Origin: Antedon mediterranea
Lineage: Eukaryota; Animalia; Echinodermata
Assembly: GCF_964355755.1 (NCBI RefSeq)
Contig: NC_092677.1
Span: 3,184,101 to 3,248,100, forward strand
DNA length: 64,000 nucleotides
Direction of reading: 5' to 3'
This document shows, piece by piece, positions 50,401 through 63,010 of this stretch (positions are counted from its first letter, which is position 1; each line of letters begins with the position of its first letter). The notes below the pieces were generated by a model. That model was given only the letters and a program-made list of their open reading frames with translations, did no database searches and was not told the DNA's origin. Both the position numbers and the translations under genes were made by a program.

Positions 50401-53400
50401 ACTAATTATTTTTATTAATGTTTATAGAAAAGCTCGAGAAGACATGACAGCAGTTACGATACAATTAAACGAGATGATTGCCAATTATGGTGATGTCATT
50501 CCAAGAAGGGATTTTGAAAACCTTACAAAAGAACATGAGGTTTGTATATATCATAACACATGTATAAAGTAATTAGGTCTGACATTCATCTCAGTGAATA
50601 TCTGGTACACACCAGCCATTTTGTGTCCTTTTCATCACCATTAATACACATAAAAAATATTCATATGATAACAAAATTTCAATAATAACAATGATTATGA
50701 CATACTGTATTTATAATCTTTCATTTAGGTTGTTACGAATCAGCTGACACAATTACAGGCCGATAACGCGCAGTTGATGTCCGAACATGAGTAAGTACAA
50801 TTTAAAAAGCGCTGGGGCGGTTCCAGTTTCACTGGTTTGGAGGATTTGAAAATATAACTAATAAAATTGTTGTTATTAAATTGTCTAAAGCCCTGTCTAC
50901 ACTATCTAACAAAAAAAAAGTGTGATATGCCCAAATATCGTCCATATATGTGCACATCACATTTTAAAAATTAAGTTTGATAGTGTAAACAGACCTTAAA
51001 GTTTAAGATTGTTTGTCTTTTATTAGCACGCTGTTACAAGTTCATGATCAGGTGATCCAGCAACGAGATCAGTTTTACACGGATCTTGAAACACTCAAGA
51101 GAAGCGCAACACCAAGGTATAAATAAAAAACAGAATATTTTAAATGTCTGAAAATCAAGTAACATTGCAAACAAATGATTATTACATGGCAACTTATATG
51201 GATAAACAAATAAATGCCATTATACCTACATTATAATACACCCCTAAACAATTAATGGAACTTTCCAGACATTTTTATCATCATACAAATATTAATCACT
51301 TAGACCGGACTGGGCAAGATGTGCAGAGGTCATTTCAGGTGGAGAAGATAAATGGCAGGACCTCTCAAAAGACAAGACAAGTAATGAACGTGTAGAGGTG
51401 CTTCTGCAGATCATATCAGGTGCAGCTGCGGCGGAAGATTTCTATGAAGGAAGGGTATGTGGTCAATTTATGAATTATGAATAAAAGTGACTGCTTTTTT
51501 TTTAAGTGACCCTCAAACACTAGAGGCCTTGGACATTTTTATCCTTTTTCAACATATTTTAATGCCTGTTTTTTCCTCTGGGCACTGCTCAGAGTCCCCC
51601 ATAAGCTCCGGGGCCCCTATGTTTTTCCAGTGAGCACTCATAGCCACCTCTTCCATCAAAACTCAAAGGTCAATCTTTAAGCCAATTTAGGGCCAAACAA
51701 AGCAAAATTAATTTATGTGTTTGTACAATGATTCCTCCAGGGTACTGGTGAGGATGTTCCCAAATACCTTCAACATGAAGGAATGGTTAAGAAACTGAAA
51801 TGGACCAGACCGGAAGCAGTTGCCATCATCAAAGAACTATGGGCAGAGAAGTCTAAAGCCAATGTTGAAGTACGTACATTCCTGATCTGAAGCAGTTAAA
51901 GCACATAAACTTTGCTCGACAAATAATACAGAAAACAAAGTCATATTTACAATTATGGAGCTAGCTTGGTGGTTAACATGCTTGCCTTTATGTCCCAAGG
52001 TCCGGGGTTCAATCCTGAACTATTGCGCAGGGTTCACGACTCTTTCAACTCCACTCCCTAAGCCTCAAATGAGACTTGGTTTATAAGCTTTATAAATTAT
52101 AAAATAGTTTATCCATCCTGTAATTGGCGAGTTACTTGCTGTTTGATGCGTAGATAATAAATAATATAAAAACATTATTCATGAGCTTATTCATGGTTAG
52201 CTATTTACACTTATCACCAACTTTGGCGGGTATTTATTACAGAGAGAAACCGAGTCACGGGAAACAATGGCGGACTTCCTGAATACGTACCTAATGCAGA
52301 AACTAAATAATGAGCCAACAGCTGTTGTTGAGTATTTCTACAACTTACAAGATGCCTGCGAGACTTACGATGACTCACCATTTGATCTTTTTTATGGCGT
52401 ATTGACAGAAGAAGTAAGATGTACAGTATTTAACTTTAAAAACAAACAATAACAAATAAATAACTTTATTGACAAAATATGATTTGAAATTTGTCTTCCT
52501 CAAAGCAACAATAGGAATAAATAAGACATTGTTTATACAGTAGTTAACCTAGTCTATTAAAGTGACACCATCAAGGACCCAACAGAGGTTGGCCGTAGTG
52601 TAAAAACCTACAGTTTTGTTTCTTTTGGCCCTTAAATTTAAATGTTTTTTTTTTACAGATTGATGAAGAAAGGTATTACCAAGAAATAGAGTCATTATCC
52701 AAACTTCATGATTCACTGCAAAAAGCCGACGAAGAAATGGCGACCGAGGTATTTCACTCAATATTCCAACTTACATTATGTGATGCTGTATCATGGATTT
52801 GGACTATGATACTGGACAAATTTTTCCTCATCACCCTGTCTTCAACAATAGAAACAAGATTATTACATGGCACCTTACATGGATAAACTAATAAATGCCA
52901 TTATACGTACACTATGATACACCCCTAAAAAATTAATGGAGCTTTCCTTTATTATGTGACACTGTATCATGGATTTGGACTATGGTACTAGACAAACTGT
53001 TTCTCATTTTGTATGTTTTTTTCTACAGGGTTTACTTCCACGTGATTTATTTGAGAAGGTGCTAAGAGACAACTTTCCTTTATTATGTGACACTGTATCA
53101 TGGATTTTGACTATGGTACTGGACAAACTGTTTCTCATTTTGTATGTTTTTTTCAACAGGGTTTACTTCCACGTGATTTATTTGAGAAGGTGCTAAGAGA
53201 CAACTTTCCGATCAAAGAGGACGAATCAATACAGAAATTAATGGACACCGCCCTCGCAGAGCTTAATTCCGACGACCCAACGACGATGAAATACCAAGAT
53301 TTGTTCTTAGTGGTATGTCATAACATGATAATATGATATTTTATCATAATCATATTGATTACGATTCCAATGGTAAATTCCTGGTTTAGTTTTTAAGGCC

Positions 53401-54590
53401 ACGGATGGAACTAACAAAAAGTGATAATTGCGTTAACTCTATCTTTTAGGATGAAGAAGGAAAGAATAGTACATTCCTGATACTGATACAAAGCCAAGGA
53501 CAAGAGGAGAGAGAGATTTATATAGAACAGATTAAAAAAGAACTCGGAGAAAGAGAGTAAGTACAGGGGCTAGTACTATAGAGAGTAAGTACAGGGGCTA
53601 GTACTATAGAGAGTAAGTACAGGGGCTAGTACTATAAATATGAAAGCACTCAGAAACTGAGTGAAGTACTTGGCAAAATAGACCACAGACGGCGCATGTT
53701 GATATTTTGGCCCAAGTTAAAAGAATACAACTTCGTTTATTTGTGAAGTTATTAATTATTAATGATCTTTGTATACCTTCTTTTTTTTTTTTTTAACTGG
53801 TGGTCACTACTTAAAGTTGTCCGCAACTTATTTTGACCTCCATCCGCACATTTTTTATGTTTTTCTTGTTTATTGTAATTTTCTTTTTGCAATTTGTAAT
53901 TTTTATCTTTTATTTTAAAATGTGTGGAGAAACTAATAAACAAACAAACAATCTGATTATACTGTACACAAATAACAGGGATCAGAGATTAAATATATGC
54001 ATGTATAGAAGATTAAGATTACTCCCAAAAAAAAATTCAATCATACTAGATGAAATATACTGAAATATTCAGAATGATAACTTGAAAATTGTAGGCGCTA
54101 TCATGCTAACAAACAAAGCAAATACTATACTTCGCAAAATTTTATTTTGCCAAGTACTAATAAAATACACAAAGGGATCGAATTAAATATATATATTTTA
54201 TTTTTCCAAGTACTAATACCATACACAAATAACAGGGAACAGAGATTAAATATATGCATGTAATAGAAGATTAAGATTATTCCCCAAAAACAAATTCAAA
54301 CTATACTAGATAAAATATACTTCACGCTTTAAAAATATTTTAATACAAAAAAAAACTTTCATTTTTTCCGTAGGGAGAATGTTCCAGTTAAAGAACTAAG
54401 AATCGCAATCGCTGTCGTCGACGCAGAAATCGACAAAACTTCCCTGCGTTCGTATCTCGCTCGTGCTTATAACGTTTCCAAAGATTTGATAAACGATGCC
54501 GAACCAGAACACATCGATGTTATCTTAAAACGCCTGAGTACCGGTGCTGTACGACGAATCGGTAAACTGAACACCTCCGATATGATGTGA
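44499..54590 (+). CDS. TSNAXIP1: Translin-associated factor X-interacting protein 1, ~720 aa
   Basis: 16 exons with consistent phases: 44499-44533, 45909-46023, 46190-46435, 46573-46707, 46918-47082, 49654-49838, 50428-50539, 50729-50790, 51027-51116, 51304-51454, 51741-51869, 52243-52413, 52659-52748, 53160-53312, 53450-53556, 54374-54590 (2163 nt). Motifs PKPKFLDQLESFLKKEL, FREVFEYLIQDFKTYRPLLSAIKNEYE, ARKLLVSDINDL, YGDVIPRRDFE and TPRPDW match the family. Confidence 0.92.
44808..45606. mobile_element. Non-autonomous DNA transposon with TGT...ACA termini (Ginger-like)
   Basis: Long TIRs TGTTATGCGCGATTTGAACGATTTGCGCAATTTGAAATTGCGCAAAAAAAATCCTTGCGCAATTTGA and the reverse complement, a 4-bp TSD TAAG on both sides, and many internal TTGCGCAA palindromes. 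Confidence 0.8.
47097..49625. repeat. 24-bp minisatellite, ~105 copies, filling TSNAXIP1 intron 5
   Basis: Tandem TTAATAGGG(G/A)TACAAAGTGTCT(T/C)C; explains the 855/858-aa repetitive ORFs. Confidence 0.98.
49992..50304 (-). mobile_element. SINE family 1 copy
   Basis: Near-identical to 16761-17074, but with a different simple-repeat tail (TTTG). Confidence 0.85.
51960..52175 (+). mobile_element. SINE family 2 copy
   Basis: TAGCTTGGTGGTTAACATGCTTGCC...GGTTCAATCC; homologous to 30345-30556. Confidence 0.75.
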
Positions 54591-55427
54591 GTGATGATGC
54601 CATTTCCAAATCATAAAAAGTGAAATAATATTTTATTTTTACTCAGGTTGGGAAAACAAATACATTTCTTGCTTGAATAAAAAGAATGTTCGGCTTCATT
54701 GAACCTTTCCTTGTTTATTGTAAATTGTGAAAGCGGGTTATAAAGCGTGTGGACGCAACTTGTCATCAAGAACCGTAATAAATTAGGCATGTTTGGTTTT
54801 ACCCTTTTGTTCTAATCCAACTACTTTAAGACAATATCAATCAATATTGATTGTCAATGTAGTTGGATATTTTAAACTTTTGAGTAAAAACGTTAAAAAT
54901 TGTATTTACAGTAGTATGAAGAAAATATTTTATGTTTTGTATAATAAAATACTTTATAATATTGTACAATTTTGACTTTTGACTGCCAATCAATACCATT
55001 ACAAGACAAAAACTAAATAAAAATTTCAACTTTTTCATTAAAACAACGACTACAGATACATAGTAGTAGTAAACAATAGAGTAATAAATTAATCTATTTA
55101 TAACTAATTAATAATAATATAAAGGTTTTACTATACATTCTAGTACACATATTTCAATTGGCAACAACGTGTTTGTCGATAATATTATTTGTTCAAAATG
55201 GAAGCAAATGCAGCAAATTTATTTTACAGCATATGGTATTGCATATGTATAATGTTACTGTAATTATCAACCATACAGCTTCCACAAAAAAGGGATGGGA
55301 AGGGGCTTCTGTATGGTACTTGATGTAAATATGAGCGTTCACTGGCTAAATTCAGGGGCCCCAGAACTTAAGGGCCCAGAGCATGCAATGCAACTAACTA
55401 CCCAATGTTGGAAGGCCACTCACTTAT

Positions 55428-56478
55428 GAGTGCTAAACCAGGGGCACCAGAGCATGAGCAGTCCAATGCAACTACCCAGCGTTTGAGGGCCCTTAGGAGT
55501 GCTAAACCAGGGGCACCAGAGCATGAGCAGTCCAATGCAACTACCCAGCGTTTGAGGGCCCTTAGGAGTGCTAAACCAGGGGCACCAGAGCATGAGCAGT
55601 CCAATGCAACTACCCAGCGTTTGAGGGCCCTTAGGAGTGCTAAACCAGGGGCACCAGAGCATGAGCAGTCCAATGCAACTACCCAGCGTTTGAGGGCCCT
55701 TAGGAGTGCTAAACCAGGGGCACCAGAGCATGAGCAGTCCAATGCAACTACCCAGAGTTTGAGGGCCCTTAGGAGTGCTAAACCAGGGGCACCAGAGCAT
55801 GAGCAGTCCAATGCAACTACCCAGCGTTTGAGGGCCCTTAGGAGTGCTAAACCAGGGGCACCAGAGCATGAGCAGTCCAATGCAACTACCCAGCGTTTGA
55901 GGGCCCTTAGGAGTGCTAAACCAGGGGCACCAGAGCATGAGCAGTCCAATGCAACTACCCAGCGTTTGAGGGCCCTTAGGAGTGCTAAACCAGGGGCACC
56001 AGAGCATGAGCAGTCCAATGCAACTACCCAGCGTTTGAGGGCCCTTAGGAGTGCTAAACCAGGGGCACCAGAGCATGAGCAGTCCAATGCAACTACCCAG
56101 CGTTTGAGGGCCCTTAGGAGTGCTAAACCAGGGGCACCAGAGCATGAGCAGTCCAATGCAACTACCCAGCGTTTGAGGGCCCTTAGGAGTGCTAAACCAG
56201 GGGCACCAGAGCATGAGCAGTCCAATGCAACTACCCAGCGTTTGAGGGCCCTTAGGAGTGCTAAACCAGGGGCACCAGAGCATGAGCAGTCCAATGCAAC
56301 TACCCAGCGTTTGAGGGCCCTTAGGAGTGCTAAACCAGGGGCACCAGAGCATGAGCAGTCCAATGCAACTACCCAGCGTTTGAGGGCCCTTAGGAGTGCT
56401 AAACCAGGGGCACCAGAGCATGAGCAGTCCAATGCAACTACCCAGCGTTTGAGGGCCCTTAGGAGTGCTAAACCAGGG
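55428..56478. repeat. 72-bp tandem repeat, ~14.5 nearly identical copies
   Basis: GAGTGCTAAACCAGGGGCACCAGAGCATGAGCAGTCCAATGCAACTACCCAGCGTTTGAGGGCCCTTAG... repeated; I saw only one variant position (~55756). Confidence 0.98.
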
Positions 56479-56803
56479 ACCTTTGCTCCCTGCATTATGC
56501 CACTGTAAATATGTAAATGACATCAAGAAGGCAGTTAATTGTATCGACAATGTACAAAACAGAGATAACGGCTGGTACTGTATTGATTCCTACACAGATA
56601 ATAAGCTAATAATGTGCAACCATGTGTGCTGAAGAATCATTGCCATTATAAACGTGAATAAAATGTTCATTGTTATTTTTTTTAAACACCCACCCAATAT
56701 ATTTATTTTCAAATTATAGAAAAAAAATCGCCTTATATAGATTGCTAGTCTGTTCACTGCTCACACTGCGATTCCTGGATCATAGCCGTGACAATATCCG
56801 ATT

Positions 56804-59800
56804 TTAAATATTTTGTTCTATTAATTTAAGTACGTCAAGGTATATAGAAGTTGTTTCCTCAGAGCCATTATGCTCAATTGCTTTTAGTTTATCAATATAG
56901 TCCTCACCTAACTCGTTTTGTACGGCACCCCTGACGATCACATCTAAATAATTTGGGTGCGGTGGACATAAAACTACCTCGTTGCTGATGACGTATGTGC
57001 GGCAAGTTAATGTTCCTTCTGTAGTGGATTCTGTGTTTACTTCAATTCCATGGTATCCTCCTTCTTGTCTAAAAAAAATAAAAATATATACCGACTATAA
57101 AGTCAACAATATATACAGGTTTAAACAATAAAAAATGAGAAAAACCAAGAGTGAAAAATAAAGCAAGACTGAATTTAAAAATGATGAAAAAATAAATAAT
57201 GAATAAAAAAATTGAAAGTGAAAAAAACAGCAACAGTGAAAAAAATTAAGACTGAAAAATAAAGCAAGAGTGAATAAATAAAGCAAGAGTGAATAAATAA
57301 AGCAAGAGTGAAATAAAAAGCAAGAGTGAAAAATAAAGCAAGAATGAAAAATAAAGCAAGAGTGAAAAATAAAGCAAGAGTGAAATATTAAGCAAGAGTG
57401 AAATATTAAGCAAGAGTGAAATATTAAGCAAGAGTGAAATATTAAGCAAGAGTGAAATAAAAAGCAAGAGTGAAATAAAAAGCAAAAGTGAATTAAATAG
57501 CAAGAGTGACAAACAATTCTTTTGCTTGATGTGTAGAAATCATATAGACTGCTAGGATTTATAATGTTTATTTAATATAAACAAATAATTTAATTACAGT
57601 ACACTGAAAAGACAACAATATAAAATGAAAATCATGAAAAGATCAATTATCATTTTAGCTCATCTAAAAATAAAAGCAAAATATTCAGTCATCTATCCTA
57701 TCATTTAAAAATTTTGTTTAGCAATATTGCTAATCAAACTGATTTTTAAGTCGAGAAACATAATTTTGTATTGTATTTTTTGCTACACAATTTTCAAAAT
57801 GTGTAGCAATAAGGTTGTTTTGTATAGCTTTTTGCTACGCTACACTGGCGAAAATGTTCCCTGCAGGCACACAGACAATCATGTTGACTAAAAGTTTTTT
57901 TCTGAATTTGAAGAACATGCCAAGAATTGGTAAATATATTCAAGTAGCGAGAGGAAAGCGACATCACAGAGCAATGACCACCACATCAAGTACTTCAATA
58001 CTTGGCACAAACCACAAAAACCATACAACAGACCACAATTCCATAGACCAACTTGCAGTACCTTTCATACAGCATTCGTTTCCACGCAAACTTTTACAAG
58101 ACTATACATTTGCGAGTCTTTTTCCTCGCTTCCTCCCAATCTTTTATCAACATCAACGTTTCCTGATACGCACGTACATTTCCTTGGTAACGGTTATGAT
58201 CGACTTCAGCGAGTGAGTCTAAATAATCTTGTGGCATGCCTTCGTTTCTAGCACCCATAAGAATAACGTCGACATACTGGGGGGAGGGTTTCATGGGAAT
58301 AAACCGCTCTATGTGATAGGTGTAGACCGGTAGGCCTTCGTCATGTGGGGTTATGGCAGTGGTTTCAAAACGTTGATATATGTGAAGATGTACTCCTAGT
58401 TGACTATTCATATAAGGAAATAATGAAATAATTTATTTTAATAAATTCAATTTATTTAAATTAAATTCAATTAATTTATTTTAATTAAATTCAAAGCCAT
58501 GTTGGTATTTCAGCTAGTCAATAAAAAGGTCATTAAAAAATTTATTTGATCTTCTTTCACATTCCGTACTGTTTTTATTTTATTTATATAAATATCTTTT
58601 GTACTTTTTTGATTGTGAGGGGAAAAAATAATAATAAAAAAAAACCGAATAAATGCTCAACATTATAAAAGATCAACAGGGAACAGAATATTAAGCTCTA
58701 GTAAAGGTCTATCTACACTATCAAGCTAGTTTGACAAAAAAATGTGATGTTCACAAATACGTTAGTGATATGCTTAAATATGGTGATGGTGATATGACAT
58801 CATCATGTCTATATATGGGCACATCACATGTTGTTGTCACATAAAGTTTGATGGTGTAGACAGAGCTTAATTGTCCTCCTACACTCTAAAGGTGGACTAT
58901 AGCTTTTCTTCTGCTCAGCCTCTAGTATAGGATATAAACGTCTGAGAGGAGCTTCAGACTATTTAATCGAACACCCTACAGTATTTTACTACTTTTTTTT
59001 TTGTCTTTTATGGGCTCGTCCACTTTTATTTCACTTTGCAGTACAAATTATTTCAATAATATACAAGTTCACTATAAGTATAATAAGTATAAACAGTATT
59101 TTACTACAGTAATCAAAATACTAATCTTACTGGTCTAGTGTTTTAAGGTGGCGTCTGCTAAGTTTCCAAACAACACCCCACACGTGATCACCGGGTGAAT
59201 ACTCTACACTCGCTACGCCACCTTTCCATACAGAACTTTTCCACGATTTTTGTTGACCAAAAACTAATTTATAATCCTAAAAAAACCAAATATTTATTAA
59301 TTTAGTTATGTTGGCTATCTATGATGATTAATATGAGAGTGCAATGACATTCAATAGAGTTTAAGGAGACAATTTTAGGTACTCTTTTCATAGAGGTGTC
59401 TCCTGATTAGAGGTTGGGCGTAGTGTTAAAACCCATAGTGTCCCTTTAACAGGGATGTCTCATAAACAGAAGTATCCCTTTAATATTGTGTCCTCTGAAT
59501 AGGCATGTCCCCTAAATAGGCGTGTCCCCATAATAGGTGCGTCCACTAAATAGAAGTATCCTTTTATTTTTTAATATGGTGTCCTCTGAATAGGCATGTC
59601 CCCTAAATAGAAGTATCCCTTTAATATGGTGTCCTCTGAATAGGTGTCCCATTAATAGGCGTGTCCCTAAATAGGCGTGTCCCTAAATAGGCGTGTCCCC
59701 TAAATAGAAGTATCCCCTTAATGTTGTATCCCCTGAATAGGTGTCCCATTAATATAGGCATGGCCCCTAAATAGGTGTGTCCCCTAAATAGAAGTATCCT

Positions 59801-61075
59801 TTTAATGTAGTGAACCTTGAATAGAGGTGTTCCATATGGAGGTATGTATAGACAAATACTGTAGGCCTACAATATTCTGTCCGTTCATTTGTGGGTGGGA
59901 AATGCAAATATTGTAAACATTCAAAAACTGATAAACAAAACAGTTTCACTGCAATTAGTAAGAATATAATCATTAAGAAGTATTCTTTAAATCAACTCAT
60001 AGGCAGAATATTCAATAAAACAATCAATTGTTTTGTCTAAAATAGCTTCAAATCAATACATGAACAATCAACTTGAGGTCAAACAGGCATTGAGTTCACT
60101 GATGAATATGAACGCCACAAATGAGACGTGTGAAGATGGTTATAATACTGAAATATTTCAGCTATTAAGTTTCAATAAAATATTCTTGTAAACAAATAGT
60201 TAAATGCTGTTGTTTCAAAATGGTTTGAATGTACTGTACATGCATTTTAAAAATAGTCTACTGCAGTTACTGCAGTAACTCTGCTGTTTTTTTAACCTTT
60301 TATTAAATTATTTGACAAGCTTTGTTTTTGTAATCATACACACTGTTGTTGTTTCAAAATGTTTGAATGTACCTGTATTTTTAAACATTATTCTACTGCA
60401 GTTACTGCAGTAACTACATTTTCTTTTTTATATTTTGTTTCTTTAAAATTTTATTCAATTATTTAAGTTTTTTTTATTCAATCATAAACACTGTCTACAC
60501 CATCAAACTTTGTGACAAAAATATGTGCCAATATATGGACATGATGATATATATATCATTACCATATTTGGGCATATCTCTACCATATTTGGGCACATCA
60601 ACATTTTTGTTAAACTATTTTGATAGTATAGACAGAGTTATACTGCCTTCATAAAATTCCAAATTGAAACCAAAACAACAAATCATATTTTCTGCAGTAA
60701 AAAATGTAGTTACTGTGCAGCTGAATTCAGTAAATTCTTACCCCTTCCCACCTGTAATTAAAGGTAAAATGGAGATAAATATTATTTAAAAATTTGGAAT
60801 GAAATTAAACATAATTCATAATGGAAAACAGGATAAAAGTTAATTACCTCTAGTTTTGCAATTGTCAGAAATGTGGCGGAAGGATTTTTGATGAGAAGTC
60901 GTTCTCTTAACAAATTGCTGCCATAACTGAAATACAAGAAGAAACCTCTACGCAAAGGTCGGAATTCCTCTTCATTAAATTGCCGCGATGATGACATTTC
61001 AGATGCTTCGTCACTTTCCGACGGTTTGAGCTCAAACACGGGGCCTTCCGCTACCTCATTCGCATTTGTCGCCAT
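56804..61075 (-). CDS. GGCT: Gamma-glutamylcyclotransferase, isoform using distal last exon 3b (catalytic QEG retained)
   Basis: Exons 60848-61075 (FLYFSYGSNLLRERLLIKNPSA), 59131-59276 (WKGGVASVEYSPGDHVWGVVWKL...LD) and 56804-57068 (QQEGGY...TCRTY...PPHPNYLDVIVRGA...LKAIEHN). Intron positions and motifs match GGCT. Probable 5' UTR exon donor at 61657. Confidence 0.88.
57253..57509. repeat. ~19-bp A-rich tandem repeat AAGCAAGAGTGAAATATT
   Basis: About 13 tandem copies. Confidence 0.9.
58094..58403 (-). CDS. GGCT: Alternative proximal last exon 3a of GGCT (Glu-to-Leu at the catalytic position, C-terminal CaaX)
   Basis: AG acceptor at 58404-58405 in phase 2, matching exon 2. Open frame HQLGVHLHIY...KPSPQYVDVILMGARNEGMP...YQGNV...ARKKTRKCIVL-stop. 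AATAAA downstream at 57567-57572 (-). Confidence 0.8.
59390..59835. repeat. Degenerate GTGTCCCCTAAATAG tandem array (MITE-derived)
   Basis: Repeated ~18-20-bp GTGTCCCC/TAATAG units. Confidence 0.75.
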
Positions 61076-63010
61076 ACTACCAAAACAAACAATTTTCAAA
61101 ATATGATTATCAATAAATTATATAACCCCAAAATGAAAAACAAATTATAGTAACTTTAAAAGAAAAATATTTGGCCTATTATTATTTATTCTCTAGTGTT
61201 TTAAAAAGATAATTTTTTTTTCTATTTGGTTTTCAAATTTTTTAATATTAATTATTTCAAATAATTTTAGAAAATTGATCTTATTAAGTTCTTAAATTGA
61301 ATTCCTAAAATAGTTCTCCAGGAATACTATCCATAAATGTCCTGGATTTATATTTAAATTAATATTATCAGTTATAATTTGTAATATTTAATATATTAAG
61401 CATTTACGAATATGTAGGCCACTAGGTACAGGTCAGAGTAAACATGTGTTGTGGTGGGCTTCAGTAGGCCTAGTAGAGTAGTCACCCGCTGGATTAGCAA
61501 AAACATTATGCGCCGGGAGGGCTTACCCTGCCTGGCCAGTCAAAGCACTACATATAGGGTGGGTATTATTTTATACTGTTACTTCTTGTTGTTTTGAATT
61601 AATATTCTTTAATACATTTAATATAACAGCTAAACTACTTTAGTAACTAAAACTTACCTGTACAGTTTTACGTGACCACCACCAGCGCAGGTCTTGTCTG
61701 CTCACATACGCTCCTCCTCCTACCGCCTGTCGAATGTAACTTTTTATCGCAGGGGAAAGTACCGTTCTTTGAATATGCAGAGCGCCACCAACAATCTTAA
61801 AAAGGAAATTCCCCTATGACGACATGACAATGTTGGAGAAAGACTAATATAACGCCCGTACTCTTAACCAATCAATGACGGTTACATTTTTTATAAACCT
61901 CGTTTAAATACCATTTAGTCGGCGATTTAGCCTTCCCCCTCGAGGACTAAAAAATTGATCAAAATCCGTCTCGATTTAGTCGAGGTTGGCCTGATTTAGT
62001 CGCCGATTTTTAGTTGAAGTTCGGTTTATGAATTAAAATGTCATATTTAAAGTTTTAGCTCGAACTACGACTATAGTAGGCTACATAGATTTTTTTCTAA
62101 AAATTGCCAAAATTTCCAATTTTTAAAAACAAATATGTAAGCGATAATATTGCCATTTCCCGGTGCCATTTATGCACACAATATTGTGTTAACGTCATAT
62201 TATAGAGCCATAGTAACTAGTTAAGTCAAAAAATAAAAGGGTCAAAATTTGGCCATTTTTCTAAAATTTTCCTGTACTATAGGCATGACCAGACAGAATA
62301 CTCTGGGACAGTTGCCTACACTTGAATCGACCCGGAGAGGGGGTGAGGGTTGTCGGATATTAATTTCGTAAGATAAAATATTACTGCCATTAATGTTGCT
62401 CTAAAAAAAGTACACTAACATAAATGTGACGTCAATATAGGACTTTATTTACGAATTAATACAGTTTTTGAACAAGTAAAATTACATTAAGAAAATGATT
62501 ATAATTTGAAATGACGTAGGTGGTTAACGAATTGCCAATAAATGTAATGGATGTAGCCCATGGGCCTAATTATATTTTAAAATATATTATGACGTCATCA
62601 TCATAACAAAAACGCTGAGTCGCTCCAACAACGTTAGAGAATGGAAGAACGATATGCAAGGCATTACAAAACAGTTACAAATTGCTTCCCTTTAAAAAAA
62701 ATCAATTTTTAACTATCGAAAATCATGTTGCCCAATTTAAGGTTTTGAATAGTGAACATGGTATTGTTAATGTTAGGTATAACTCTCGATATATGATCGA
62801 GACGTGACCAATCTGTCCAGTACGCAGCTTGAATATTCTTACGCGTAACACTACTTTCTCTCCAAATACGCATAACTGTCGCTGTGGTAACTGGTTACTC
62901 AGACAACAAAATGCGCAGAAATGTAACAAGTAAAAGTTTTAGTTTTCTATATTATGGTGTCGAGTCGGCAGGCGGAGCGTGGCCGAAGAAAATAAAATAA
63001 CAATTTTAAA

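Noticed and set aside
55398-56550. 365-376-aa repetitive ORFs
   Set aside because: A 72-bp tandem repeat open in several frames on both strands; no evidence of coding.
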